Source: Nitrospirota bacterium (GTDB lineage: Bacteria > Nitrospirota > Thermodesulfovibrionia > Thermodesulfovibrionales > JdFR-85). From it: a stretch of DNA of 24,000 nt. The notes under the pieces are model-generated. The model was not told where the DNA came from and searched no databases. It saw nothing but the letters and a program-made list of their open reading frames with translations. Position numbers and translations under genes: made by a program. Within the stretch, counting starts at the first letter, position 1, and each line of letters begins with the position of its first letter. This document shows, one piece after another, positions 6,869 through 14,103 of the stretch. The stretch spans positions 7,189 through 31,188 of the forward strand of contig DROX01000070.1 in the NCBI GenBank assembly GCA_011321725.1, read 5' to 3'.

Positions 6869-8917
6869 TCAGGGGCTTTGTTTTACAGGTATTTTCACTG
6901 TAAAGGTTGTGCCCCTTCCCGGTTCACTTTCTACCGTGATCTCTCCTTCATGTTTCTTTACGACGATATCATAGGCAATGCTGAGGCCAAGCCCCGTCCC
7001 CCTTCCCACCTCCTTTGTGGTAAAAAAGGGCTCAAAGATGCGGTTTTTTACCTCCTCTGTCATGCCGCAACCTGTATCTGTGACAGCAGTGTAAATGTAA
7101 CCCCCATCATGCCAGGTCTTTATGGTTATCTCACCCTGTTTCTGTATTGCATGGGCTGCATTTACAAGGAGGTTCATGAAGACCTGATTCAGTTGCTGTG
7201 GGTTGCAGTATGTGGCTGGTATGACACCGTAGTCCTTTACAACCTTTGCCTTGTATTTCAGCTCGTTCCATACGATATTCAGTGTGCTTTCAATACACTC
7301 GTTTATATCTGCCATTGTCTCTTTGGCCTCATCCACCCTGGAAAAGCTCTTCAGGTCACTCACTATCTTCTTTACCCTCTCTGCACCGTCAAGAGACTCC
7401 TTTATCAGCTCGCTGATATCCTTCAGGATGAAGTCTATTTTTAACCTCTGCCTCTCTTTATTCATGTGTTCAGAGACCTCAGGCGGCAGCGCCTCTTCAA
7501 CGGTATTTAGATACTCTGTGAGCCTTTTCAGGTACCTGGAAAGTGTGCTAAGATTTGAATAGATAAAACCCATGGGATTGTTTATCTCATGCGCCACTCC
7601 TGCAGCCAGCTGCCCTATGGATGCCATCTTTTCATTCTGTACCATCTGGCTCTGGGTCTGTTTCAGTTCATCAAGTGTGCTGGCCAGTTCCTGGTTCTTT
7701 TTCTTGAGTTCGTTAGAGAGTTTATTCAGCTCCGTTGTTTCATGTAGTGTAATGACATTCGTGATATCAGTGCCGATATCCTTCAGGGTGAGGTGGTATG
7801 AGTTCAGGGAAAAGGTCCTCCCCGTTGCTCTGTGGATGAGTTCTACGGAGGTGTTGAAAAGGGTCTCTGCATCAAAGCCGGATATCTTCAGTAGCTCCTC
7901 CCAGTATCTCCCCACTATCTCCTTGTATGTGAGTCCTGTAAGCTGGGAGAGTCTCTGGTTACACCGGACGACACGTCCGCTACTGTCTGTTAAGATGATT
8001 ATATCATTGAGACAGTCAAGGCTGGCTTCCCACTCCCTCTTGGCCCGTTCCACCTCCTTGAAGAGTTCTGTCATCTCCAGGTGTTTCCTGAGCAGTTCCT
8101 CCTCAATCCGTTTCTGCTCGGTGATGTCCTCTCCAGAGCTTAGCGTACCATCAGGTAGTCCGTTGTCGTCTCTTAAAATTGAGGTGAACCAACGTATAAT
8201 CCTTAGGTTGCCCTTGCTGGTTAATACAGGATTCTCACTGAAGATTACCGATGCGGCATTCCCTGACATTTGAAGTCTGAAGAGCCTCCTGCTTTCCTGT
8301 CGCGAGTCCTCCGGTATAAAGTTATCAAACCAGTTTTTGCCCACTATCTCCTCTACAGAAGCCTCAAGTATCTCAGCGCCCTTTCTATTTATCATCTTTA
8401 CCCTCTCGTCCGGTCCAATGGCTAAAAGCATCACACCTGCCACGTTCAGATATGTCTCTGCCTCCTTCTTTGCCCTGGTCAGTTGCCTTTCAAGCTGGAG
8501 ACGATGGGATATATCCTTTATAACAGTGGTGAAGTACAGGGTGTTGTTGTCAGACCATCTTGTTATTGAGATCTCTATGGGAAATTCGCTTCCGTCTCCC
8601 CTTCTTGCCATTACCTCAACGTGTCTTCCAAGGATGGGATGTCCATCCCGTTGCACCACGGATTTTATCGCCTCCCTGTGTTTATCACGGTATCTTTCCG
8701 GTACAAGGATGTCCACGTCCTTCAGTAGCATCCGCTCTTTTTTGATCTGGAATACCTCCTCAGCCTTCTGGTTGCAATAGACGATCTTTCCCTCTCCGTT
8801 CACTGTTATGACCGCCTCTGAGAGGGTATCCAGGATATTCTTCAGTTGTCTTTTTGCCGAGGAAAGGACCCCTTCTTCCGTATTTAAGATCTTCTCTATG
8901 CTATGGCGCATCTGCAT
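6869..8917 (-). CDS. Cytoplasmic sensor histidine kinase with three PAS-like domains, HisKA and HATPase_c
   Basis: No hydrophobic TM segment. There are three repeats of the PAS pattern: LSEAVITVNGEGKIVYCNQKAEEVF, VMLLAIGPDERVKMINRKGAEILE and DIIILTDSSGRVVRCNQRLSQLTG. Kinase motifs: H-box AAGVAHEINNPMGFI, N-box NLLVNAAHAI, G1 DTGCGM, G2 GRGTGLGLSI. Confidence 0.9.
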   Translation of the reverse strand: MQMRHSIEKILNTEEGVLSSAKRQLKNILDTLSEAVITVNGEGKIVYCNQKAEEVFQIKKERMLLKDVDILVPERYRDKHREAIKSVVQRDGHPILGRHVEVMARRGDGSEFPIEISITRWSDNNTLYFTTVIKDISHRLQLERQLTRAKKEAETYLNVAGVMLLAIGPDERVKMINRKGAEILEASVEEIVGKNWFDNFIPEDSRQESRRLFRLQMSGNAASVIFSENPVLTSKGNLRIIRWFTSILRDDNGLPDGTLSSGEDITEQKRIEEELLRKHLEMTELFKEVERAKREWEASLDCLNDIIILTDSSGRVVRCNQRLSQLTGLTYKEIVGRYWEELLKISGFDAETLFNTSVELIHRATGRTFSLNSYHLTLKDIGTDITNVITLHETTELNKLSNELKKKNQELASTLDELKQTQSQMVQNEKMASIGQLAAGVAHEINNPMGFIYSNLSTLSRYLKRLTEYLNTVEEALPPEVSEHMNKERQRLKIDFILKDISELIKESLDGAERVKKIVSDLKSFSRVDEAKETMADINECIESTLNIVWNELKYKAKVVKDYGVIPATYCNPQQLNQVFMNLLVNAAHAIQKQGEITIKTWHDGGYIYTAVTDTGCGMTEEVKNRIFEPFFTTKEVGRGTGLGLSIAYDIVVKKHEGEITVESEPGRGTTFTVKIPVKQSP

Positions 8918-8925
8918 ATATATAT

Positions 8926-8953
8926 TTATCGGACGATTATGGCTGGAACTTTA
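8926..8953 (-). promoter_or_regulatory. Sigma-28 (FliA)-type promoter candidate for the kinase / three-regulator operon
   Basis: The minus strand reads TAAAGTTC (8953-8946), 12 nt, TCCGATAA (8933-8926), ATATATAT, then the ATG at 8917. The enterobacterial consensus is TAAAGTTT-N11-GCCGATAA. There is no SD between the -10 element and the ATG. Confidence 0.5.
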
Positions 8954-9001
8954 CTGAGATTGACAGTGAGGGCAAGATTCCTCTGGTGAGTTTTTGGAGA
9001 A

Positions 9002-9035
9002 GGCATCTGCCACCTGAATCACGGCGGCAGATGCC
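9002..9035 (-). terminator. Perfect 10-bp stem-loop downstream of the CZB chemoreceptor gene
   Basis: GGCATCTGCC (9002-9011) and GGCAGATGCC (9026-9035) are exact reverse complements with a 14-nt loop, 28 nt after the MCP stop. On the minus strand the stem is followed by TTCTCCAAAAAC, so there is no clean U-tract. Confidence 0.35.
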
Positions 9036-9062
9036 AGGGGTATCATTTATAATGACAATCCA

Positions 9063-11036
9063 TCAGACACCTACCGTGGCAGGCCTCTCTTCTTTATGCC
9101 TCCTGTCAGGATGCCTTCTGACAGCACCTGTGAGAGCGGCCTTGAGGCTGTCAAGATGTCCGATGATTTCCTCACTTAGATGGTCGACACGTTCAATCAG
9201 CTCAAGTGCACGTGTCCTGTCACCACGCTGGTAGGCCTCAACAGCCTCCCTTGCCACCTTATGGATATCCTTGTGAGGGTTTTCAATCTCACGGTAGTCG
9301 GTATAGGAACCACACTGCTGTGCACCCTGACCATAGTACCACTTGCCGAATCTGCAGGCTGTATGGTCTGTCAGTTCAGAGGGATCAATGTGCTCACCAC
9401 TATAGTACATCCTGTAGAGCCTCTGTACCCAGTTCTTGTGAGCTGTCTTAGCCATCTCTATCTCGTTGACAGGGTTTTCTGGAAGCCTGAACTTTGAGCT
9501 TATCTTTGAAAGTGTGAGTATGGCATTACTGAGATGGTCTGTCTCGGTGATGGTCTGTCTTGTGTTATCCAGGAGCTGCCTTGATACCTCCACGGTGCCC
9601 TCTATGGTCTGGCTTATCTCCTCAGCTGTTGATGACTGCTGCTCTACAGCTGCAGCAATGCTTGTTATCTCCTCTTCGGAGAGTTTTGCATGGTTGACGA
9701 TCTTTGAGAGTGCCTCGGTGGTCTTGTTGACAAGGGTTATGGATTCATTGACCTTGCTCTGGGAAAGGTCCATCTGGGAGGCTGTCTTTTTGGATTCTGA
9801 CTGTATGTTCTTGATCGTCTCGGCAATCTCACCTGTTGCCTTCATGGTCTTCTCGGCAAGCTTGCGTACCTCGTCTGCAACCACAGCAAACCCCCTGCCA
9901 TGCTCACCTGCCCTTGCAGCCTCAATGGCAGCATTCAGTGCAAGGAGGTTTGTCTGGTCGGCGATGTCATTGATCAGGCCAAGAACCTCGCCTATCTGGC
10001 CTATCATTGAGTCAAGTTGTGTTATCATACTGCTCAGGTTGTCAGTGGCCCCTGCAAGCTCATTCATGGCTGAGATGGTCTGCTGCATGTCAGCCATTGC
10101 CTCCTCCGCAACAGATGTCACAGCCTTTGATATCTCGGTGGCATTCGCTGCATTTTTGGCAATGTCCATGGCTGTCTGGCTCAGTTCCTCTGTAGCAGTG
10201 GCAATCTGTTCGGCCTGTCTGTTCTGCTCGTCAACCCCCTTGATATTATTATTCAGCTCGGTCCAGACCTTTGCTGTAGCCACTGAGAGGGCGGCAGAGA
10301 CAGCGATGAGGTTGTTTACTATCTCCCTCCATGAACCTGTAAGTCTGGTTAGGGAGGTGCAGAGCCTTGTGATCTCGTCATGTCCGCTGCAGGATATCTC
10401 AGGTGTGAGATCATAGTTTGCAAGGATCTCTGTCTTATCTGTAATGGTGAAGAGACGTCTTATGATCCCCTTTCTTATATAGACAAAGACAGCACCCACA
10501 ATAATAATAGAGATAATGAAGAATCCTATAGCAGTGTTTCTCAGTCTGTTCATGGACTTTATAGAATCAGTCTCCATCATCTTTACAGCCTTGTTCATCT
10601 CTTTGAGCAGCTTGATGGAATGGGCATTTATGGTCTCTATCTCCGGGGCAGAGAGCTTCTTCCCATTAAACACGGGCTCTATCATTGTCCTGAAGTTAGT
10701 CCAGTGAGTCTGTACCTTCTGGAGCTGTGCCTTTATCTCTGGATCCTCTACGGGTGGCAGACCGAGTTCATCATCTCCATTGAGAAGCCCTTTAAGGGTC
10801 CTTTCAAAGAGGTTCATTGTGTTGATGCCATCCTCACGGATACCAGCACCAGAGTTTACCATCATAACCTCTTTTGTGAGCTTCTGTGTTAGCATCCGTT
10901 GCCGTCCTGCAAGATTGATGACCCTCCCATGGGATTTGGAACCATTGATCCATGTCTGGATAACAATCAGATTGCCAAAGAAGCACAGGGCAAAGACCAC
11001 CAGCACTGCTATTATCCTGGCCTGGATTCCTTTCAT
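9063..11036 (-). CDS. Methyl-accepting chemotaxis protein with a PilJ/NarX-type periplasmic sensor, a HAMP region, an MCP signalling domain and a C-terminal CZB zinc-binding domain
   Basis: TM1 is [20 protein letters not shown]. The P-box-like [16 protein letters not shown] is typical of PilJ/NarX four-helix sensors. TM2 is [19 protein letters not shown], and the tip is [35 protein letters not shown]. The C-terminus satisfies the full CZB signature: HKNW, 24 aa, CRFGKW, 21 aa, HKDIH. AGGAGG lies 5 nt before the ATG. Confidence 0.9.
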   Translation of the reverse strand: MKGIQARIIAVLVVFALCFFGNLIVIQTWINGSKSHGRVINLAGRQRMLTQKLTKEVMMVNSGAGIREDGINTMNLFERTLKGLLNGDDELGLPPVEDPEIKAQLQKVQTHWTNFRTMIEPVFNGKKLSAPEIETINAHSIKLLKEMNKAVKMMETDSIKSMNRLRNTAIGFFIISIIIVGAVFVYIRKGIIRRLFTITDKTEILANYDLTPEISCSGHDEITRLCTSLTRLTGSWREIVNNLIAVSAALSVATAKVWTELNNNIKGVDEQNRQAEQIATATEELSQTAMDIAKNAANATEISKAVTSVAEEAMADMQQTISAMNELAGATDNLSSMITQLDSMIGQIGEVLGLINDIADQTNLLALNAAIEAARAGEHGRGFAVVADEVRKLAEKTMKATGEIAETIKNIQSESKKTASQMDLSQSKVNESITLVNKTTEALSKIVNHAKLSEEEITSIAAAVEQQSSTAEEISQTIEGTVEVSRQLLDNTRQTITETDHLSNAILTLSKISSKFRLPENPVNEIEMAKTAHKNWVQRLYRMYYSGEHIDPSELTDHTACRFGKWYYGQGAQQCGSYTDYREIENPHKDIHKVAREAVEAYQRGDRTRALELIERVDHLSEEIIGHLDSLKAALTGAVRRHPDRRHKEERPATVGV

Positions 11037-11107
11037 AAAGACCTCCTTTAATGATTCTAAAGTTCTAATTACCAGGTAACCTATTTGTAAGCAAGTTCCT
11101 ACAATTT

Positions 11108-11134
11108 ATATCGGACTTTTTTACGAAAACTTTA
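11108..11134 (-). promoter_or_regulatory. Sigma-28 (FliA)-type promoter candidate for the CZB chemoreceptor gene
   Basis: The minus strand reads TAAAGTTT (11134-11127), 11 nt, TCCGATAT (11115-11108). Against TAAAGTTT-N11-GCCGATAA this is 8/8 for the -35 element, an exact spacer, and 6/8 for the -10 element with the CCGATA core intact. It lies 71 nt upstream of the ATG at 11036. Confidence 0.6.
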
Positions 11135-11288
11135 AATTTTTAATGGATTTATTTAAGAAATATGCAGGATTATTAATCTGGTTTATCTTGGACAGACAAA
11201 CACAGTGACAGCAGACGACCGGATCACCACAGCCACGTGGCAGGGAGGAAAGGGCCGGAAGAAAGGAAGGAACCGGTTTCTGTATGGA

Positions 11289-11975
11289 TTATCTCGGCGA
11301 TGCTGTGAGAGGGTATTGAAGGATTAATTTAAGGTGTCCCTCTTTTTTGTCTTCCACTGAAAATTGCCCACCTATTGATCCTATCCATCCTTCAAGGGTG
11401 GGAATGTCAGGGTGTGTGAGAAGTCTCTGTATGTCTTTTGACGAGGCCTTGGCATCAACTGAAAAAGAGATAGCCATTCTGGTCTTCCCGGTACCCAGCT
11501 TGATGGCGATCCTTGATGGACCTGTCTCGCATACAATTAATGAGAGGAGAGCCTTAACCGTTCTGTACAGAATTATTGTTGCCTCCAGATCATATGCAGG
11601 GACCTTGTCCTCCTTTGCGTCAAGGTCAATGTCAATCCCTGTTCTGGTCTTCATACTCCCACAGAGCCACTGGAGGGCTGGAATGAGTCCAAAATCATAT
11701 AGAAGCGAGGGGCTCAGTTCAGCAATGCTGTCCCTGATGGTTTTGATTATACCGCCTGTTAGGGTCTGTAATTCCTGGTAATCCCCTTTGCGGATATTGT
11801 CCTGGATAGCTTCAAGCTTCATCTTCAGGGCCACAAGGGACTGCCCTGCCTCCTCGTGCATAATGGATGCAATCTGCCGTAGCTCTTTCTCGTACAGTAG
11901 TATGGTATTTGTCAGTACCGAGAGGTTTTTGCCTCCTGGAGTCAAGACCTTGGTTTGAGAGCCCTTCTTTTTCAT
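11289..11975 (-). CDS. Sensor-less HisKA_3-type histidine-kinase-like protein with a degenerate ATP-binding domain
   Basis: The DHp region matches the NarX/DegS-class pattern: ELRQIASIMHEEAGQSLVAL compared with ERxRIAReLHDxxGQxL, and LSPSLLYDFGLIPALQWL compared with LRPxxLddlGLxxAL. The expected N-box (QEALTNvxKHa) reads VKALLSLIVCETG, the DDGxG box reads VDAKA, and the GxGLxGM box reads IPTLEGW. Only about 30 aa precede the DHp region. Confidence 0.65.
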   Translation of the reverse strand: MKKKGSQTKVLTPGGKNLSVLTNTILLYEKELRQIASIMHEEAGQSLVALKMKLEAIQDNIRKGDYQELQTLTGGIIKTIRDSIAELSPSLLYDFGLIPALQWLCGSMKTRTGIDIDLDAKEDKVPAYDLEATIILYRTVKALLSLIVCETGPSRIAIKLGTGKTRMAISFSVDAKASSKDIQRLLTHPDIPTLEGWIGSIGGQFSVEDKKEGHLKLILQYPLTASPR

Positions 11976-12043
11976 GCTCTTCCCCTCAATATCTCAATGG
12001 ATTCCAAGGCCCTCGTTACCCCTCTTGCCGGGAGAATACAATA

Positions 12044-12724
12044 TCAAGGGATAAACAGAGAAAGCAGAGCCATAATTATATTGTATATCAAAGAGGCCAG
12101 GGGGATTACAAAAAATCTTGTCAGCCCAAGGAAGATGAGGGCGATAACAATAAAAAGCCCGTAGGGTTCAATGCGGTTGTATTTCATCTCAAGCTCCCTT
12201 GGTAAGAGGCCGGCAACAATCCTTCCACCATCAAGGGGCACAATGGGGATGAGATTAAAGGCCGCAAGGTATATGTTCATTACAATCCCGTACTTCAGCA
12301 TGGCTGAAAGGGGAACGAATATCTTCTGTACAACCACACCGGGCACCATGGCCTCAAGCCACATGAGTGCTGCCATAAGCAGGCCGGAGAGAAAGGCAAT
12401 CAATATGTTTGCCAGCGGCCCGGCAGCAGAGACATATATCATATCCCTTTTGGGATTGCGCAGGTTGAAGGGGTTTACAGGGACAGGCTTTGCATAGCCA
12501 AAGGTGAACTGTCCATGGGTGGAGAAGAAAAGCAGAATGGGGATTATCACAGTTCCAAGGGGGTCTATGTGTGCAAGGGGATTCAATGTCAGACGTCCAA
12601 GACCCCTGGCTGTATTGTCACCAAACCTGTATGCAACACAACCATGTGCAACCTCATGGAAGGTGATTGCCACAAGGATTGGCAGAGCTGCTATTATAAG
12701 TGATCTTATGAATGAAAGATCCAA
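12044..12724 (-). CDS. M50-family (site-2-protease-like) integral membrane zinc metalloprotease
   Basis: Contains HEVAHG (HExxH) and the second metal/substrate motif NLIPIVPLDGGRI, with multiple hydrophobic segments. Preferred start is the TTG at 12724, 5 nt after a perfect AGGAGG (12730-12735 on the minus strand). The ORF-track extension to 12907 has no SD and runs into a GC-rich hairpin. Confidence 0.8.
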   Translation of the reverse strand: MDLSFIRSLIIAALPILVAITFHEVAHGCVAYRFGDNTARGLGRLTLNPLAHIDPLGTVIIPILLFFSTHGQFTFGYAKPVPVNPFNLRNPKRDMIYVSAAGPLANILIAFLSGLLMAALMWLEAMVPGVVVQKIFVPLSAMLKYGIVMNIYLAAFNLIPIVPLDGGRIVAGLLPRELEMKYNRIEPYGLFIVIALIFLGLTRFFVIPLASLIYNIIMALLSLFIP

Positions 12725-12879
12725 ATATTCCTCCTGACGTAGATTTAACGACAGAATCCACAGAAAAATAACATCTTCTAATAAACTTTTCAACCACAGA
12801 GTTCTCAGAGAAAATCTGAGGCCTTCATTAAATAATAACTGAATATGGTAGGAAGTTACAATGATATTTTGAGATTTTA

Positions 12880-12929
12880 CACCCCCACCTTCATCCTCCC
12901 CCTTCAAGGGGGAGGTGTGGAGGGGGTGG
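12880..12929 (+). terminator. GC-rich imperfect hairpin resembling an intrinsic terminator, with no gene upstream of it on the plus strand
   Basis: The core stem CCTCCCCC (12895-12902) pairs with GGGGGAGG (12908-12915) around the loop TTCAA. An outer stem CACCCCC (12880-12886) pairs with GGGGGTG (12922-12928). It is followed by GTCTTTT on the plus strand. It sits between the divergent M50 and nfnA genes. Confidence 0.3.
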
Positions 12930-13039
12930 TCTTTTAAGACTTAAGTGTATAGATAAGGGTCTTGATGCCCTCAGGCCTGACCAGGGAATCAACCCGACAA
13001 TCCACCCTGTCTCTGAAAAGCAATTAGGCATAAAAAATG

Positions 13040-13070
13040 CTTATAAATTTATAAGTAAAACAGTTATAAT
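13040..13070 (+). promoter_or_regulatory. Sigma-70-like promoter candidate overlapped by a perfect 16-bp palindrome, upstream of nfnA
   Basis: CTTATAAATTTATAAG (13040-13055) is its own reverse complement. The -35-like TTATAA (13041-13046) is followed by an 18-nt spacer and a perfect -10 TATAAT (13065-13070). This would give a leader of about 170-180 nt to nfnA. Confidence 0.35.
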
Positions 13071-13245
13071 AATGGTGTTCAGGATTGAACTTTTTGTTTT
13101 ATAGTAACTTTATAGTAGAAAAGTAGATTTCCCGGAAATTTTTTTTGTTTGCTTCTGTGTAAAAATGTAGCAACGGGTTGCCTGGAAGAGAAAAGTCCTG
13201 ATGGTTGTTTAAAGGAATTGACCAGGAAGGGCGATAAGGTTCAGG

Positions 13246-14103
13246 GTGAGTTCAATGCCAGAGATACTACAAAAGAGGATCTTGAGAAGGCCTGATGTCT
13301 TTTATTACAGGGTTGCGGCACCCCTTATCTCGAGGAAGGCGCAACCGGGCCAGTTTGTAATTATCAGGCTCCATGAGCATGGAGAGCGGATACCCCTTAG
13401 CCTTGCAGATATCTGTCCCGAGGATGGCACCATCAGCCTTGTGGTAATGGCAGTGGGTAAGACAACCACTGAGATGTCCCTTTTAAAGGAGGGTGATAGC
13501 ATCAGGGACCTATGTGGCCCCCTTGGTAAGCCAACACCTGTTAGATACTATGGCAGGGTTGTGCTTGTGGGTGGAGGCTTTGGTATCGCTCCACTGTATC
13601 CAATAGGCAGGGCTATGAAGGAGAAGGGAAACGATGTGATCACCATCCAAGGTGCAAGAAGCTCTGACCTTATAATCTATCGGATGGAGATGATGAGTGT
13701 CTCTGACAGGCTTATAATCACAACGGATGATGGTTCTGAGGGTCTGAAGGGAAGGGTTACCGATGCCTTGAGGATACTTCTTGATGAAGAAGGGGCTGAT
13801 CTTGTGATGGCGGTGGGGCCTGCCGTAATGATGAAGGCTGTGTCCGGGCTCACCCGTTCCTATGGTGTAAAGACAGTGGTGAGCCTGAACCCCATAATGG
13901 TGGATGGCACGGGTATGTGTGGTGGCTGCAGGGTGCTGGTGGATGGCAAGACGCGTTTTGTCTGTGTTGACGGCCCTGAATTTGACGGCCACAGGGTGGA
14001 CTGGGATACACTTATGCTCAGGCAGAAGACATACAGGGAGGAGGAGAGGCTCTCCTTTGAGGAGTGGAAAAAGAGACATCCCCATGTGATGGTGGAAGGA
14101 TGA
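13246..14103 (+). CDS. nfnA: NfnA/SudB-type ferredoxin-NADP reductase-like subunit (FAD, 2Fe-2S)
   Basis: Motifs PGQFVIIRL, GERIPLSLAD and LVGGGFGIAPL, plus a C-terminal cysteine motif MCGGCRV ... FVCVDGPEF. The start is either the GTG at 13246 or the ATG at 13255 (MPEILQK). The stop overlaps the next start as ATGA. Confidence 0.8.
   Translation: MSSMPEILQKRILRRPDVFYYRVAAPLISRKAQPGQFVIIRLHEHGERIPLSLADICPEDGTISLVVMAVGKTTTEMSLLKEGDSIRDLCGPLGKPTPVRYYGRVVLVGGGFGIAPLYPIGRAMKEKGNDVITIQGARSSDLIIYRMEMMSVSDRLIITTDDGSEGLKGRVTDALRILLDEEGADLVMAVGPAVMMKAVSGLTRSYGVKTVVSLNPIMVDGTGMCGGCRVLVDGKTRFVCVDGPEFDGHRVDWDTLMLRQKTYREEERLSFEEWKKRHPHVMVEG

Noticed and set aside
11232-11241. A 10-bp perfect palindrome GCCACGTGGC and a purine-rich run downstream of the kinase-like gene.
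   Set aside because: It is a short isolated palindrome with no second copy in the window, no associated promoter and no U-tract. It cannot be distinguished from chance.
12725-12907. A 61-codon N-terminal extension of the M50 protease ORF in the track (MKGEDEGGG...).
   Set aside because: There is no SD at 12907, and the extension is encoded by the GC-rich hairpin and the promoter-like region. A perfect AGGAGG lies 5 nt before the in-frame TTG at 12724, and that start gives a protein length typical of this family.
14064-14099. The ORF-track start of nfnB at 14064, overlapping nfnA by 40 nt.
   Set aside because: The ATG at 14100 forms the classic ATGA stop/start overlap. It also yields an N-terminus (MSRKMIPERTPMPEQ...) of the length expected for NfnB/GltD-like proteins.
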